A stretch of DNA of 64,000 nt from Gammaproteobacteria bacterium (GTDB taxonomy: Bacteria > Pseudomonadota > Gammaproteobacteria > GCA-002705445 > GCA-002716945). Location: contig JBLFWM010000001.1 of assembly GCA_047611265.1 (NCBI GenBank), forward strand, positions 14,592 to 78,591, written 5' to 3'. Below the pieces are notes generated by a model. That model searched no databases, had not been told where the DNA came from, and saw only the letters and a list, made by a program, of their open reading frames with translations. Numbering within the stretch: the first letter of the stretch is position 1; the number at the start of each line of letters is the position of its first letter. Shown one piece after another: positions 61,567-64,000 of the stretch. The translations under genes and the position numbers were made by a program.

Positions 61567-62509
61567 GATTATTTATATAATATTTTTTTCCACTTATAAT
61601 ATTTTTTAATGATTTTCTAGATATTATTAAATCAATAATATTCACACCTATTGTGTCATAAATTCCAATAAATGATGTTGTCAATCTAGGGTTAATCTCA
61701 ATAATAAACATATCCTTACCTTTGGTCATAATGTCAACACCCACAAAGCCATATAACCCTGGAAGCGAATCTTTAATCTTTGACACAAGGCTTATTATCT
61801 TTAAATATGAAGGGGGTTTAATATTAACGATAATGCTACTCAATCTAGCTTTATTATTTTTATATTTCAATATTTGTTTATTAACAGTAAGTATATAAAA
61901 ATTATTTTTAGTAAAATAAATTGAAATGCTATAATCCTCACCATTTATATAAGGCTGAATTACTTTATCCTTTTTGATTAGCTCAGGATTTTTTATATTT
62001 TTAGTGATCTCTATATATGAGCATCCTGCACCATATCTATCCTTAATTAAAAGTAATTTATTATGTAAATTACTTTTATATTTTTTATATGTCTCAATAG
62101 TAGGCAAAGAGTTCTTCTGGCAGAATTTATAAAACTTTAGTTTATCTGAACATATTTTTATCGTTTGAGAATTAGATATTACAGCATTAATTCCATTCGT
62201 TTCCAGATATTTTACATAAAGATATAAACTCATATCTATTTCTGGTAACACAGGCAATACATAATCATATTTATTTAAAAAATTTAAGTCATAAATTTTA
62301 CTATTATTTCTTAAGACTATAGCTTCTTTCTCTTTTAGAGATAAAAGACGATAATCTCTAAAATAGTTATATTTGAAATGCTTTGATTTACGGCAACTAT
62401 CATAAACTGAAGAGGTTATCATATTAGCCTCATTCATGAGCTCAGAAGTTAAATCTTCATTTAAAAGCCCTCCTCCTGTAATATATTCATATATTAATAT
62501 CTTTTTCAT
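61559..62509 (-). CDS. ATP-grasp ligase (MfnD-like, tyramine--glutamate ligase candidate)
   Basis: MKKILIYEYITGGG N-terminus and a C-terminal ATP-grasp pattern (GFVGVDIM...IIEINPRLTTS). I prefer the start at ATG 62509. Confidence 0.55.
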   Translation of the reverse strand: MKKILIYEYITGGGLLNEDLTSELMNEANMITSSVYDSCRKSKHFKYNYFRDYRLLSLKEKEAIVLRNNSKIYDLNFLNKYDYVLPVLPEIDMSLYLYVKYLETNGINAVISNSQTIKICSDKLKFYKFCQKNSLPTIETYKKYKSNLHNKLLLIKDRYGAGCSYIEITKNIKNPELIKKDKVIQPYINGEDYSISIYFTKNNFYILTVNKQILKYKNNKARLSSIIVNIKPPSYLKIISLVSKIKDSLPGLYGFVGVDIMTKGKDMFIIEINPRLTTSFIGIYDTIGVNIIDLIISRKSLKNIISGKKYYINNHE

Positions 62510-62512
62510 ACT

Positions 62513-63211
62513 ATGGACATAATCCCTGTTATAGACATTCTTAATAACCAAGTGGTTAGAGCAATTAAAGGTGATAGAGGTAACTATGAGTCTATCAGCT
62601 ATAAATTATACAATAGTACAGATCCAAGAGATATAATCGATCAAATTGTAAAAAGGTATTCTCCCAAGATACTATACATCGCTGATTTAGATGCAATTAT
62701 ACATAACAATATAAATCCCAAGCTATATGACAATATTTTATCTTCATTTCCAAAAATTAAATTCTGGGTTGACTCTGGTTTAAAAGAAATAAAACTAAAA
62801 AAGAAATATAGGAATTATTACCCTGTTTTTTGCAGTGAAAAATCAAAGGGCTATGAATTTTCATCAAATAAATTCAATAATTGCGTCTGTTCATTTGATT
62901 TTATGGAAAAATATATGGGAGAGAAACCAATATATCGACAACAAAAAGCATCGCCATCAAAAATTATACTTATGGATTTACTTCAAGTTGGTTCAAAAAA
63001 TAATATTAATTACAAGCTTGCCAGAAGATTTATTAGGAACAATAACCAAGACTATTATATTGCTGGTGGAATAAAGTCTATATTTGATATTAAAAGAGCT
63101 AAGTATTTTGGTGCAAGTGGAGTTTTAGTGTCAACAATGATTCATCAGAATAAGATTACAAAATATATGATCCAAAAAGAAAAAACCAGCTCTAAAAATA
63201 GAGCTGGTTAA
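62513..63211 (+). CDS. HisA/HisF-family TIM-barrel protein of the H4MPT island
   Basis: IIPVIDILNNQVVRAIKGDRGNY N-terminus and C-terminal GGIKS...GASGVLV phosphate-binding motifs resemble HisA/HisF. Confidence 0.6.
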   Translation: MDIIPVIDILNNQVVRAIKGDRGNYESISYKLYNSTDPRDIIDQIVKRYSPKILYIADLDAIIHNNINPKLYDNILSSFPKIKFWVDSGLKEIKLKKKYRNYYPVFCSEKSKGYEFSSNKFNNCVCSFDFMEKYMGEKPIYRQQKASPSKIILMDLLQVGSKNNINYKLARRFIRNNNQDYYIAGGIKSIFDIKRAKYFGASGVLVSTMIHQNKITKYMIQKEKTSSKNRAG

Positions 63212-63228
63212 TCTTACTTTTCTAAGTA

Positions 63229-63747
63229 CTACTTAGGTGAGTATGGGTGAGCAGAATCTGCTGCCGCTGCAACAACATCTTCAGCTGTTGGCGTGCCAGC
63301 AACTGCAGCTTTGATAGCCATCATTGTAGCTTCATAGTTGTAGTCATAAATTCTAACATCGTCATTAGCATCCCAATGGATGAAAACACCTACACAAATG
63401 AAAATATCATTTGCTTCAGCTGCTGGAATTGTTCCGTTTTTCACAGAATCTGTAACAGCCATTGCCACTGCTCTTTGAGCTGGTCCAAACATTTGAACTG
63501 CTTGTTTAGCACCTTTAATAGTAACTTTGTTAAACATTACTGTAGCTGGTTTAGTTGGTAAATTAGGTGCACATACAGCTAATAACGAAGTAAAACCATC
63601 TTTGTTGTTACAAAGTGTATTACAAAATGCATCTTCTACAGCAGAACCACGTGGTCCCATAATTAAATCGATATGAGCAATTTCGTTGTCTCCGCCTTCT
63701 TTTACAACCAAACCTTCACCGACCAATACTTTATCAATTACTGCCAT
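63229..63747 (-). CDS. fae: Formaldehyde-activating enzyme (5,6,7,8-tetrahydromethanopterin hydro-lyase)
   Basis: 172 aa. VGEGLV...[22 protein letters not shown]...[23 protein letters not shown]...[15 protein letters not shown] is nearly collinear with Methylobacterium Fae as I recall it. GGAGA SD upstream. Confidence 0.95.
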   Translation of the reverse strand: MAVIDKVLVGEGLVVKEGGDNEIAHIDLIMGPRGSAVEDAFCNTLCNNKDGFTSLLAVCAPNLPTKPATVMFNKVTIKGAKQAVQMFGPAQRAVAMAVTDSVKNGTIPAAEANDIFICVGVFIHWDANDDVRIYDYNYEATMMAIKAAVAGTPTAEDVVAAAADSAHPYSPK

Positions 63748-63786
63748 TTTTATCTCCTTGTTTATATTAAATGGTTCATACTTGAA

Positions 63787-64000
63787 TTATGCGCTTTTGA
63801 AAATCCTATGGATCATCAAACTTGCGACTAATAAATCTGCGGTAGTCCCCGGATTAATTCCTTTTTTCTTATATTCATAATCAAGATCATTCAGTTGTTT
63901 GACCAGATAATCCTCACTACAATCCTTGTCTTGTATTTTTAACAAATCATTGACATGATTGCTAGTCTTTTTTGCTATTTCTTCACCTAATTTACGTGAA
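63787..64000 (-). CDS. Triphosphoribosyl-dephospho-CoA synthase (CitG/MdcB)-like protein, C-terminal part; gene runs off the right edge
   Basis: My translation of the minus strand gives ...KLGEEIAKKTSNHVNDLLKIQDKDCSEDYLVKQLNDLDYEYKKKGINPGTTADLLVASLMIHRIFKSA*. INPGTTADL is the CitG-family signature. A homologue is a standard member of H4MPT islands. Confidence 0.6.
   Translation of the reverse strand, partial: SRKLGEEIAKKTSNHVNDLLKIQDKDCSEDYLVKQLNDLDYEYKKKGINPGTTADLLVASLMIHRIFKSA

Overview
This is a very AT-rich window (roughly 30% GC by eye, not computed). It is extremely gene-dense: about 76 CDS, one tRNA and the RNase P RNA. I saw no CRISPR array, integrase, transposase, phage gene or long repeat. 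It reads as core chromosome of a streamlined Gram-negative bacterium. Several gene orders are typical of gamma/betaproteobacteria: rluD/bamD divergent, coaE-zapD, argJ-secA-DUF721-lpxC and ilvIHC-pssA-leuA. The sulfur-oxidation plus C1 gene content would fit a marine SUP05/Thioglobus-like or methylotroph-like lineage, but I cannot verify taxonomy without a search.

Gene content from left to right:
- scpA (partial), trpS, bolA-like, rimI, family-4 UDG
- leuA, pssA, ilvC, ilvH, ilvI
- DUF218, TusA-like, BepA-like M48 protease
- soxXYZA plus an orphan lipoprotein
- secreted alpha/beta hydrolase, tRNA-Lys(UUU), YeeE/YedE sulfur transporter
- queC, queE, ruvC, yebC, nadA, aspS
- FmdB zinc ribbon, two monohaem cytochromes c, RND pump pair
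- pgeF, rluD, bamD, nadE, coaE, zapD, Nudix/ThiE-like fusion, argJ, secA
- a 17-gene dcw cell-wall/division cluster
- rnpB, a methyltransferase, dusA, mobA
- an archaeal-like tetrahydromethanopterin (H4MPT)/methanofuran cofactor island ending in fae

Most notable observations:
1. The dcw cluster is rearranged. ftsZ sits between ftsL and ftsI rather than after ftsA. murC is absent and murB takes its position. A stand-alone 64-aa J-domain gene is translationally coupled between mraZ and rsmH.
2. A 10-bp-phased TGG-box array lies behind a near-consensus promoter upstream of mraZ.
3. Sox thiosulfate oxidation genes occur together with a complete-looking fae/H4MPT cofactor island that still contains biochemically unassigned genes.
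4. Packing is extreme: 3' ends of convergent genes overlap, two divergent start codons are 3 nt apart, and a tRNA is wedged between two CDS.

I found no defence-like or mobile system. The window is largely ordinary core genome, and the findings below are scored accordingly.
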